From contig DAOVVG010000001.1 of the NCBI GenBank assembly GCA_030632175.1, positions 1 to 41,131 on the forward strand: a DNA stretch of 41,131 nt. The letters run 5' to 3'. The notes beneath the pieces were generated by a model, which was not told the origin of the DNA, did no database searches, and worked only from the letters and a program-made list of their open reading frames with translations. A program made the translations under genes and the position numbers. The stretch is from Gammaproteobacteria bacterium. Lineage in GTDB: Bacteria; Pseudomonadota; Gammaproteobacteria; UBA9214. Numbering within the stretch: position 1 is the stretch's first letter; each line of letters opens with the position of its first letter. Of the stretch, positions 31,076 to 39,493 are shown one piece after another.

Positions 31076-32809
31076 ATGAGCCTGGCGCTTTCCGGCATAG
31101 GAGTATCCCGCGGCGTTGCCATCGGCAAGGCACATATCATCCTGCGCGGCAGTATCGAAGTACTTGAAAGCGCCATTCCCGTCCACCTCATCGAAGACGA
31201 GATTGCACGTTTTCTCAAGGCCGTCGACAGTGCCCGTATGCAGCTGGAAGCCACCCAGGAACGCATTCCCGCGAGCACCGGTGTCGATATTGCGGCCTTC
31301 ATCGAAACACACCTGTTGATGCTGGATGATGCCACGCTGGTAGCGACCCCGGTCGATCTTATCCGCGAGCACCACTGTAATGCCGAATGGGCCCTGAAAT
31401 TACAGCGCGATGCCGTTGTCAGTGTATTCGAACAAATGGATGACGCCTACCTGCGCACCCGACGTGATGACATCGACCACGTTATCAACCGGATTCAGCG
31501 TATCCTGCTGGACAGCAGTCAGGGTGAGGAACAGGGTGAAAACATAGTACCGGAGAATACCATCGTACTTGCCTATGACCTTACACCCGCGGAAACTGTC
31601 ATGTTCGAACATCAGGGCATCAGGGCATTTGCAACCGAATGCGGTGGCCCGCTTTCACACACCGCCATTCTTGCACGCAGCATGCAGATCCCGGCCATGG
31701 TGGGTACACATGGACTGCAGCGCTATATCCGCGATGGCGAGACCATCATACTCGACGGCCTGCAGGGTGTACTGATAGCCGGGGCGGATGAACAAACACT
31801 GGATTACTACCGCGAGCGCCAGGAACAGGAGTTTCAGCGTCAGATTGAACTGGCAAAGTTTGCTGATACGCCGGCCGTCACCAGCGACGGCACGCCTGTC
31901 AGGCTGATGGCAAATATCGAGTTACCGGAAGATATCGACGCGGTAAGCCGTACCAGTGCCAACGGTGTCGGCCTGTACCGCACCGAATTCCTGTTTATGA
32001 ACCGCCCGGAACCGCCTGATGAAGAAGAGCAATACGACTGTTACGTCAGCGTTATCGAGGCACTCAAGGGGAAACCCCTGACCATACGCACACTGGACAT
32101 GGGCGCTGACAAGCAGGCCGATGGCATCAGTGGCAGCAGCAACCCGGCTCTGGGACTGCGGGCCATCAGGCTCTGTCTCAAGAATCGCGCACAATTCAGG
32201 CCCCAGCTGCGCGCCATTCTGAGGGCCTCGGCTCATGGCCCGGTCCGGCTGATGATCCCGATGCTCTCCAACACCCGGGAACTGCACCAGGTGCTTTCCC
32301 TGATTAACGACACAAAGATCGCCTTACAGCGCGAAGCACTGGCGTTTGCGCCGGATGTGCAGATCGGTGGCATGATCGAGGTGCCGGCGGCCGCACTGAC
32401 CGCCGCTGATTTCGCCAGCCACCTGGATTTTCTGTCCATTGGGACCAATGACCTGATTCAATACACCCTGGCGATAGACCGTGTTGATGACGAGGTCAAC
32501 TATCTCTTTGACCCGTTACACCCTGCCGTACTGAGACTGATAAAAATGACCATCGACGCCGGCAAGGCTGCCGGCATCCCGGTGGCGATGTGCGGCGAAA
32601 TGGCCGGCGACCCCCGCTACACGCGGCTGCTGCTCGGCATGGGACTGAACGAGTTCAGTATGCACCACACCGCATTACCCGAAGTAAAAAGCGTCATCCA
32701 TTCGAGCTCCATTGAAGCGCTGGTGCCACTGGTGCAGGAACTGCTGAACAATACCCGCACGGGCCGTATCCCGGAGCGGGTTGATTCTCTCAACCAAAAC
32801 ACCCTCTGA
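31076..32809 (+). CDS. ptsI: Phosphoenolpyruvate-protein phosphotransferase (Enzyme I, no N-terminal GAF domain)
   Basis: GIGVSRGVAIGKAHI..., GGPLSHTAILARSMQIPA (active-site His), GLYRTEFLFM, SIGTNDLIQYT and CGEMAGD. At 577 aa it fits PtsI rather than the GAF-containing PtsP. Confidence 0.92.
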   Translation: MSLALSGIGVSRGVAIGKAHIILRGSIEVLESAIPVHLIEDEIARFLKAVDSARMQLEATQERIPASTGVDIAAFIETHLLMLDDATLVATPVDLIREHHCNAEWALKLQRDAVVSVFEQMDDAYLRTRRDDIDHVINRIQRILLDSSQGEEQGENIVPENTIVLAYDLTPAETVMFEHQGIRAFATECGGPLSHTAILARSMQIPAMVGTHGLQRYIRDGETIILDGLQGVLIAGADEQTLDYYRERQEQEFQRQIELAKFADTPAVTSDGTPVRLMANIELPEDIDAVSRTSANGVGLYRTEFLFMNRPEPPDEEEQYDCYVSVIEALKGKPLTIRTLDMGADKQADGISGSSNPALGLRAIRLCLKNRAQFRPQLRAILRASAHGPVRLMIPMLSNTRELHQVLSLINDTKIALQREALAFAPDVQIGGMIEVPAAALTAADFASHLDFLSIGTNDLIQYTLAIDRVDDEVNYLFDPLHPAVLRLIKMTIDAGKAAGIPVAMCGEMAGDPRYTRLLLGMGLNEFSMHHTALPEVKSVIHSSSIEALVPLVQELLNNTRTGRIPERVDSLNQNTL

Positions 32810-32908
32810 ACCGCCCGTCCTGCCTTACCGTCAGGGAATCGTGCTGGTACACTGCGCACAGTGCGAAACCGGCTTCATGTCGGTTAAAAATGGATATGAC
32901 GTACAGCC

Positions 32909-34270
32909 ATGACTGAGACAGCAGACACACATACCACCAGTAGCCGCCGGCTGGAATTGCTGACCGAGGCGCTCGACTCGGGTGCCGCCAGCCAGATCAG
33001 CAATCTGCTCTCCAACCTGCATTCAGCCGAGATTGCCGACCTGCTGGAATCCTTCCCGCACGGGCCGCGCGAGATACTCTGGGGCCTGGTTCAGCCTGAC
33101 GACCACGGCGAGACGCTGGTGCATCTGAATGACGAGGTACGCGCCGGTCTCATCGATGAAATGAACACCGATGACCTGGTTGCCGCCACGGAAGGCCTCG
33201 ATGCCGACGACCTTGCCGACCTGATCAAGGACCTGCCGGGCGCTGTCATCCAGGAAATCCTGCGCTCCATGGACAAGCAGAACCGCGAGCGACTGGTCTC
33301 GGTGCTGCACTACCCGGAGGACACCGCCGGCGGCCTGATGAACGTCGATACCGTGACAGTACGCGCCGACGTCACCCTGGACGTGGTACTGCGCTACCTG
33401 CGCCTGCATATCGACATTCCGGACAACACTGATAATTTGATCGTGGTTGACCGCAACGACAACTACAAGGGCATACTGCCACTGACCCGGCTGTTGACCA
33501 ATGACCCGGACCTGCTGGTTGCCAGAGTCATGGACCGCGACACCTCTGCCATTAACGCCAATATGGCTGACACCGAGGTTGCCCGCCTGTTCGAAACCCA
33601 CGACCTGGTGTCGGCAGCGGTGGTCAGCGAGGAAGGCAAGCTGCTGGGACGTATTACCATTGATGACGTGGTTGACGTTATTCGTGAAGACGCAGACCAC
33701 TCCCTGTTGCGACTCGCCGGCCTGGATGAGGAAGACGATACCTTCGCACCGGTCGTCAAGAGTGCACGGCGGCGCGCCGTCTGGCTGGGCATTAATCTGT
33801 TTACCGCGCTGCTTGCCTCATGGGTGATCGGACTGTTTCAGGCGACGCTGGAACAGGTGGTTGCACTGGCGGTACTCATGCCCATCGTGGCAAGCATGGG
33901 TGGCATTGCCGGCAGCCAGACACTGATTATTGTCATCCGCGGCATGGCCCTTGGCCAGATTGGCAGCTCCAATACCCGCTGGCTGATGTACAAGGAACTG
34001 GCAGTAAGCGCACTTAACGGCATTGGCTGGGCAGTTGTGGTTGCCGTGATCGCGGCCAGCTGGTTTCAGGATCGCACCATCGGCATCATTATTGGCGCCG
34101 CCCTGATCATTAACCTGATCATTGCGGCCATCGCCGGTCTCAGCATTCCCCTGTTGCTGAAAACAATAAATGTTGACCCGGCTCATGCCGGCACCGTATT
34201 GCTAACCACCGTAACTGACGTGGTTGGATTTATGGTTTTTCTGGGACTGGGAACAATCTTCCTGATGTAG
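32909..34270 (+). CDS. mgtE: Magnesium transporter MgtE
   Basis: MgtE N-domain, a CBS pair (VMDRDTSAINANM.., AAVVSEEGKLLGRITIDDVVDVI) and a five-TM MgtE channel domain (PIVASMGGIAGSQT, GTVLLTTVTDVVGF). Confidence 0.93.
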   Translation: MTETADTHTTSSRRLELLTEALDSGAASQISNLLSNLHSAEIADLLESFPHGPREILWGLVQPDDHGETLVHLNDEVRAGLIDEMNTDDLVAATEGLDADDLADLIKDLPGAVIQEILRSMDKQNRERLVSVLHYPEDTAGGLMNVDTVTVRADVTLDVVLRYLRLHIDIPDNTDNLIVVDRNDNYKGILPLTRLLTNDPDLLVARVMDRDTSAINANMADTEVARLFETHDLVSAAVVSEEGKLLGRITIDDVVDVIREDADHSLLRLAGLDEEDDTFAPVVKSARRRAVWLGINLFTALLASWVIGLFQATLEQVVALAVLMPIVASMGGIAGSQTLIIVIRGMALGQIGSSNTRWLMYKELAVSALNGIGWAVVVAVIAASWFQDRTIGIIIGAALIINLIIAAIAGLSIPLLLKTINVDPAHAGTVLLTTVTDVVGFMVFLGLGTIFLM

Positions 34271-34278
34271 ACGCCGCC

Positions 34279-35637
34279 TCAGGCACCGGCCACCATCATC
34301 TGTTCAATCAATACCGATCCGGTACGTGTGTTACCACGCAGGTCGACGTCATTGCCAACCTCAACAATATTCATGAACATGTCTTTCAGGTTACCTGCCA
34401 CGGTAATCTCGTCGACCGGATATTGAATCTCACCGCCCTCAACCCAGTAACCGGCAGCACCGCGTGAATAATCACCGGTGACATTGTTGACACCGAAACC
34501 GATCAGTTCGGTCACCAGCAAACCGCTATCCATGCTGCGCAGCAACCCTTGCAGGTCCTTGTCACCCGGTTCGATGGTAAGGTTACGTACACCACCGGCA
34601 TTACCGGTTGTCTGCATACCCAGCCGGCGTGCCGCGTAACTGTTCAGCACATAACCCTGCAGAATGCCATCTGTGACAATATCGCGTGACCGGGTAGCCA
34701 CACCCTCACCGTCATAGGGCGCGCTACCCAACCCCTTCAGTAGCAACGGCTGTTCATGGATGCGCATAAAATCCGGAAATACCGGTTTACCGAGAGAATC
34801 CAGCAGAAAGCTGGCCTTGCGATACAGACTGCTGCCACTGACAGCGTTTATGAAATGGCCAAACAGGCTGCCGGCAATGTCCGCCGCATAGATCACGGGT
34901 ACCTCACGGGTGGACAGGGACTGCGTGCCAAGCCGCCGCACCGTGCGCTCACCGGCAATGCGTCCCACTTCAGCAGCCGGCATCAAATCCGCCTTGTCAC
35001 GCGCAGACCATGACCAGAAATCCCGCTGCATCTCCTCTTCCTGCTTGCCGATAACCGCACAGCTGAGACTGTGATAACTGCTCTTGTAGCCCGCCATAAA
35101 ACCATGGGTATTGGCCTTCACCCGCATGCCGGCATTGGTAAACACCGTTCCTCCTTCAGAATTCTCGATGCGCGGGTCCACCTGACGGGCGGCATCCTCG
35201 GTCTCGGTGGCCAGTTCAATTGCCTGCTCGGCAGTGATATTCCAGGGATGGTACAGATCAAGGTCCGGGATCGTGGTCGCAAGCAGTTTCGGATCAGCCA
35301 GCCCGGCATACTCATCCTTGCTGGTATAGCGGGCAATATCGCAGGCTGCCTTCACGGTGGCTGCCAGGCTCTCCGGTGCAAAGTCCGCAGTACTGGCAGA
35401 ACCCTTGCATTTATCAAAGTACACGGTCAACCCGAGCGCGCGATCACGGTTGTACTCGAGCGTTTCAGTCTCGCCGAGCCGCACAGTCACTGAAAGGCCC
35501 GCGTCTATACTGACACCCGCCTCCACCTCATCAGCACCCTGCTGTTGCGCCTGCGCTATTAAATCCTGCACTATATCCTCAAGCCGGGACTGCTCGGGAA
35601 ACGGTGATTCCTGCTCACTTGTCTGTATGTCTGGCAT
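34279..35637 (-). CDS. pmbA: Metalloprotease PmbA (TldE)
   Basis: A 452-aa PmbA/TldD-family protein with C-terminal motifs such as GFGVNNVTGDYSRGAAGYWVEGGEIQYPV. It is divergent from yjgA, as in E. coli. Confidence 0.92.
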   Translation of the reverse strand: MPDIQTSEQESPFPEQSRLEDIVQDLIAQAQQQGADEVEAGVSIDAGLSVTVRLGETETLEYNRDRALGLTVYFDKCKGSASTADFAPESLAATVKAACDIARYTSKDEYAGLADPKLLATTIPDLDLYHPWNITAEQAIELATETEDAARQVDPRIENSEGGTVFTNAGMRVKANTHGFMAGYKSSYHSLSCAVIGKQEEEMQRDFWSWSARDKADLMPAAEVGRIAGERTVRRLGTQSLSTREVPVIYAADIAGSLFGHFINAVSGSSLYRKASFLLDSLGKPVFPDFMRIHEQPLLLKGLGSAPYDGEGVATRSRDIVTDGILQGYVLNSYAARRLGMQTTGNAGGVRNLTIEPGDKDLQGLLRSMDSGLLVTELIGFGVNNVTGDYSRGAAGYWVEGGEIQYPVDEITVAGNLKDMFMNIVEVGNDVDLRGNTRTGSVLIEQMMVAGA

Positions 35638-35749
35638 AGTATTTCCTTGTTAGGGAGCAACGATTCTACCGGTCACGCGGGTAGCGGACAAATCAGGCAG
35701 AATTCACCGATACACCCTGGAAAACAGCATAAAGGACAATCTGCAACAG

Positions 35750-36253
35750 ATGGAAGAAGACGACCAGCCCGAAATCAGCAAGTCACAGCGCAAGCGTGAC
35801 ATGGATGAACTGAAAAAGCTCGGTATCGAGTTGCTTGAGTTCAGTGATGACGCACTGCGTCAGCTGATAATGTCTGATGTGTTACTGGAAGCGCTGCGCA
35901 CCGCCAGGCGCATCACCTCAAACAGTGCGCGCAAGCGGCAGATGCAATACATCGGCAAGCTGCTGAAGGACGTTGACGCCGCACCACTGCACGAGGCGGT
36001 AGCTGTCCGCAACCACCAGCATGCTACCCACACACGGGAATTCCACCAGATTGAGGCACTGCGCGACAAACTGATCAGGGATGGCGACAATGCGCTGCCG
36101 GAGGTGCTGGCATTGTTTCCACGCTGCGACCGACAGTACCTGCGCAAACTGATCAGGCAGGCCCGCAATGAACAGGAAACAAAGCAGCCACCGCGTGCCT
36201 CGCGGCTACTGTTTCGCCACCTGCGTGAGCTGCAGGAAGAACCGGATTACTAG
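35750..36253 (+). CDS. yjgA: Ribosome-associated protein YjgA (DUF615 / DarP)
   Basis: EISKSQRKRDMDELKKLGIELL...ARKRQMQYIGKLL is typical of YjgA. It is divergent from pmbA. Confidence 0.85.
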   Translation: MEEDDQPEISKSQRKRDMDELKKLGIELLEFSDDALRQLIMSDVLLEALRTARRITSNSARKRQMQYIGKLLKDVDAAPLHEAVAVRNHQHATHTREFHQIEALRDKLIRDGDNALPEVLALFPRCDRQYLRKLIRQARNEQETKQPPRASRLLFRHLRELQEEPDY

Positions 36254-36345
36254 CCCTGCCCGTGCGCAAGGTGCTGATGTGCAATCAGAAACAAATGCAC
36301 AGCCTGTGCTGCAACAGAAGCTACAGCCGCACAAAAAAAAATAAT

Positions 36346-37950
36346 TCAGTGCGAAGACGGTGGCAGGGTAAACAGCTCCTGTGGCGTACTGACGCCACGC
36401 AGTGTGTGCACACCGAGCGACACAAGGTCATCCGGAAAGTGCCCGGCAAACTCGTCTGAAATAAGGATGGTTTGGCCGAGTTTCTTGCACATGCTTTCAA
36501 TGCGCGAGGCTTCATTCACGGCCGAACCAATAACGGTAAAATCAAGCCGCCCCAGGGTGCCGATATTGCCGTACATCAAATTACCGATGTGCATGCCCAC
36601 CCCGAAACCGATCGCCTTTGCACCCCGCGCCGCACCCTGTTGATTAATGACAGCGATACGCCGTTGCGCATCCTGCGCGGCTTCAATCGCATGGCCGGCC
36701 GCTTCCGGGCTGTCAGGGTCCTCTATCGGAAAAATAGCCAGCACCGCATCACCGATAAACTTCAGCACTTCGCCGCCATGATCAAGCACGGCACCCGCCA
36801 TACAGTCGAAGAACTGGTTCAGCATTTCCAGATATTCTTCACGCATCAGTGATTCGGAGAGCGAAGTGGAATCACGCAGGTCACAGAACCAGATGACCGC
36901 ATGGATATTTTCACCATCGCCGCGCTTGATCGATCCTTCCAGCACGCGTTGCCCGGTATGCTTCCCCAAATAAGTGTCCAGCAGGGTAATAGCCGTACGC
37001 CGCAACGCATGCACCTCGAACAGGCGACTCAACACCGGCAGAATCTCGTATAACTGACCCAGTTCATCGGTTGAAAAACCACCTGAGCGATCCGAGACCA
37101 GGGTAATAATATTAATCTGGCCATCCGAAAATAACAGTGGCATGGCCACATAATCGGTAGCACCCCTGGCATGCAGATCCTTGAGAATCGGGAAATCAAA
37201 CTGACGTCCGTCCCCTTCGATGGTACGTCGCACCCCACCGGCACCGTCCAGAATGGAAGCATACGGACCCTCCTTGTGTTCCCGCGTCTCCAGCACATCA
37301 TGTGCCGCACCAAATATTTCTACCTCGCCAGAATCTCGCCACCACGTGTAACTGGTCGCAAACAATTGTGGATGCAGTGTGCGAATCAATAACTGCAAAC
37401 GCCAGATCGGTACCCCGGCAGCAAACAGGCAATCGGCCAACTGGTGCACCAGTTCACGCACAGAGGTCGCATTCCAGGCATCACTCAATAACCAGTCAGT
37501 AAAAACATTCAGGTTGGACGGGGTAGTGTCCTGCAACTGCTCCAGAACCTGCTGCTCATCTTCGTACCATGCCTCCATGGCACTCCAGGTGAACGCAAGG
37601 TAACCTTGTATGTCCTTTGCCTCATCCAGCGGATTCTCGTATGCCCACACCGCATTATCCGCAAGCTGATTACCGACCTCAATGGTCCAGTACGAGGCAT
37701 TACCCTTGAACGGGCAATGGGTACGGTGTTCGGTGCGCTGCAAATATTCCATGCGCACATCTTTTCGCGGGAAGTAATAGACAGGTGGCAAACGGGTTTC
37801 ATACAGGATCACGGCATCTGTGCTGTCGGCAATCGTCACACCGGCAAACACAACCCGTACCCGTTTGCCGGCCGGCTGCACGACGACCCGATAGCTGGCC
37901 CCGGCTTTGCCCTTTGATGCGGTTACAGAATTTGTAGCTGACTCGTCCAT
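36346..37950 (-). CDS. Fusion protein: N-terminal DUF427 domain, uncharacterised ~200-aa middle region, C-terminal class III adenylate/guanylate cyclase domain
   Basis: DUF427-like segment KRVRVVFAGVTIADSTDAVILYETRLPPVYYFPRKDV...HCPFKGNASYW (about nt 37576-37899). Cyclase motifs IWFCDLRDST, LKFIGDAVLAIF, GVGMHIGNLMYGNIG and FTVIGSAVNEASRIE (about nt 36376-36918). Confidence 0.85.
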   Translation of the reverse strand: MDESATNSVTASKGKAGASYRVVVQPAGKRVRVVFAGVTIADSTDAVILYETRLPPVYYFPRKDVRMEYLQRTEHRTHCPFKGNASYWTIEVGNQLADNAVWAYENPLDEAKDIQGYLAFTWSAMEAWYEDEQQVLEQLQDTTPSNLNVFTDWLLSDAWNATSVRELVHQLADCLFAAGVPIWRLQLLIRTLHPQLFATSYTWWRDSGEVEIFGAAHDVLETREHKEGPYASILDGAGGVRRTIEGDGRQFDFPILKDLHARGATDYVAMPLLFSDGQINIITLVSDRSGGFSTDELGQLYEILPVLSRLFEVHALRRTAITLLDTYLGKHTGQRVLEGSIKRGDGENIHAVIWFCDLRDSTSLSESLMREEYLEMLNQFFDCMAGAVLDHGGEVLKFIGDAVLAIFPIEDPDSPEAAGHAIEAAQDAQRRIAVINQQGAARGAKAIGFGVGMHIGNLMYGNIGTLGRLDFTVIGSAVNEASRIESMCKKLGQTILISDEFAGHFPDDLVSLGVHTLRGVSTPQELFTLPPSSH

Positions 37951-38003
37951 TTAGGAAGTATAGGTACCCGCTTTCACCGCGTATACCTCAAGCAGTAATG
38001 ACG

Positions 38004-38987
38004 TTAATGCACCTCTTTCAGTGCCTGCGCATACTCCGCCACAATGTCAGCCGCTGAGCGGATCTCCCGGATACCAGCAACACTCTTGCCCGCCTGGAAG
38101 ATATCCTTGTATTCCATACCCCGCAGGGACGCCCGCTTTAATTTCCAGATTGACTGCAACGAATAAAGCGTGCGCATCCAGTGCCTGGTTCTGCGCCCGC
38201 GCAACATCCATTTCGCCAACGCTCCCGCACGGGTCCCGACACTCTCGATATAGGGTGTGTTAATAACCGACACCGGCACACCGGATATTTTCTCGGACAA
38301 CACGATGTCCTGCTCACCGGCAGCGATGATGGCCTGTTTATAATCCGCATGCGCAGTACATTCTGTGGTCGCAATAAACCGGGTACCCAGCTGCGCCCCG
38401 GCGTAGCCCATGGCGAGCACCGCGGCGAACTCATCCGGCGTACCGATACCGCCGGCACATACCAGTGGTTTCCCCAGCGAACCGACATCATCCAGCAGGG
38501 CCTGTGATGACAACGTACCGGCATGCCCGCCCGCACGATTATTTACGCAGATAAAACCATCCACCCCGCCATCCAGCGCCTTCTCGGCCCATTGCCGGCT
38601 GGTAACATCGTGGTACACCGTCACGCCGGCCGGTTTGGCCCGGTTGACGACCCAGTCCGGCTTTCCCAGTGCAGTGACCAGAAACGGCACCTGTTCTTCC
38701 AGCGCGACATCCAGCCACCGGTGTACCCGTTGCAGGTACTGCTTCGAGCTGCTTTCAATAATCAGATTAACGCCGATCGGCTTGTTGGTCAGCGAGCGGA
38801 TATAACGCAGACCTTCCCTGAATTCATAGCCATGAACATAAGACAGACTTAGCGGCTGCACGATACCGATACCCCCCGCCTCCGATACCGCGGCCACCAG
38901 TTCCGGATTTGAACAGGGATACATGGCACCGCAGATCAGCGGCACCTCGATACCGAGTGTTGTACACAGCCCGGGCCGGGCCGACAT
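38004..38987 (-). CDS. Nitronate monooxygenase / FabK-like FMN oxidoreductase (NMO family)
   Basis: LGIEVPLICGAMYPCSNPELVAAVSEAGGIGI...NRAGGHAG...CAGGIGTPDEFAAVLAMGYAGAQLGTRFI. I start at the ATG at 38987, which overlaps the upstream stop codon (TGATG). The track start at 39017 is GTG. Confidence 0.85.
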   Translation of the reverse strand: MSARPGLCTTLGIEVPLICGAMYPCSNPELVAAVSEAGGIGIVQPLSLSYVHGYEFREGLRYIRSLTNKPIGVNLIIESSSKQYLQRVHRWLDVALEEQVPFLVTALGKPDWVVNRAKPAGVTVYHDVTSRQWAEKALDGGVDGFICVNNRAGGHAGTLSSQALLDDVGSLGKPLVCAGGIGTPDEFAAVLAMGYAGAQLGTRFIATTECTAHADYKQAIIAAGEQDIVLSEKISGVPVSVINTPYIESVGTRAGALAKWMLRGRRTRHWMRTLYSLQSIWKLKRASLRGMEYKDIFQAGKSVAGIREIRSAADIVAEYAQALKEVH

Positions 38988-39466
38988 CAGGCCGGTCTCT
39001 CCGGACCGATCAGCCACTGCGCCCTCGCCACCGTAACTATGTCACCGTCCACATTGCGAATCTCGCACAACACCTCGATTTCACGCTCGGCATTAGTGGC
39101 AGGAATTTCACAGCGGCACTCTGCAACCAGCACCCCGCGCGCCTTTTTCAGGTACTCGATATTGAATCCCGCAAGAATTCCGCGTGTGTCGTCGGGCAGA
39201 CTGTTCATCAGGGCCAGTCCACTGGCCATTTCACCGAGGTTTGCCAGCGCCATGGCATGTACTGAACTCAGGTGGTTACGCAGCTTGCGCCGGTCAGACA
39301 AGCGCACCACGCTGTGACCGGGTTCCAGCACTTCGATACGCGCGCCCAGCGTACCTGTGTAGGGTACAAATCTGCCCAGCAGCCAGCTGAACAGCCGCTT
39401 GCCACCCGGGATTCCCTGCAGCCGCTGCCAGTGCTTGCGCAGTTCCGGCCCTATTGAACGGGTCAC
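38987..39466 (-). CDS. Hotdog-fold thioesterase-like protein (DUF4442/PaaI-like)
   Basis: LQGIPGGKRLFSWLLGRFVPYTGTLGARIEVLEPGH...NHLSSVHAMALANLGEMASG resembles the DUF4442 hotdog family. GTG start, 27 nt after the gltA stop codon. Confidence 0.72.
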   Translation of the reverse strand: MTRSIGPELRKHWQRLQGIPGGKRLFSWLLGRFVPYTGTLGARIEVLEPGHSVVRLSDRRKLRNHLSSVHAMALANLGEMASGLALMNSLPDDTRGILAGFNIEYLKKARGVLVAECRCEIPATNAEREIEVLCEIRNVDGDIVTVARAQWLIGPERPA

Positions 39467-39493
39467 AGGCCGAAGGCCCGCCTGCTGTTGACC

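Noticed and set aside
32810-32908. A possible Mg2+ riboswitch (M-box) in the mgtE leader.
   Set aside because: The leader is only 99 nt. It shows just a small 5-bp hairpin (cactg-cgca-cagtg) and is far shorter than an M-box. I recognise no conserved M-box elements.
36283-36345. A small hairpin gcaca-gcc-tgtgc (36297-36309) with a T-rich flank on the minus strand, and an A9 run at 36333-36341, between yjgA and the cyclase gene. I considered it as a bidirectional terminator.
   Set aside because: The stem is only 5 bp. The A/T run is not positioned directly after a stable hairpin on either strand.
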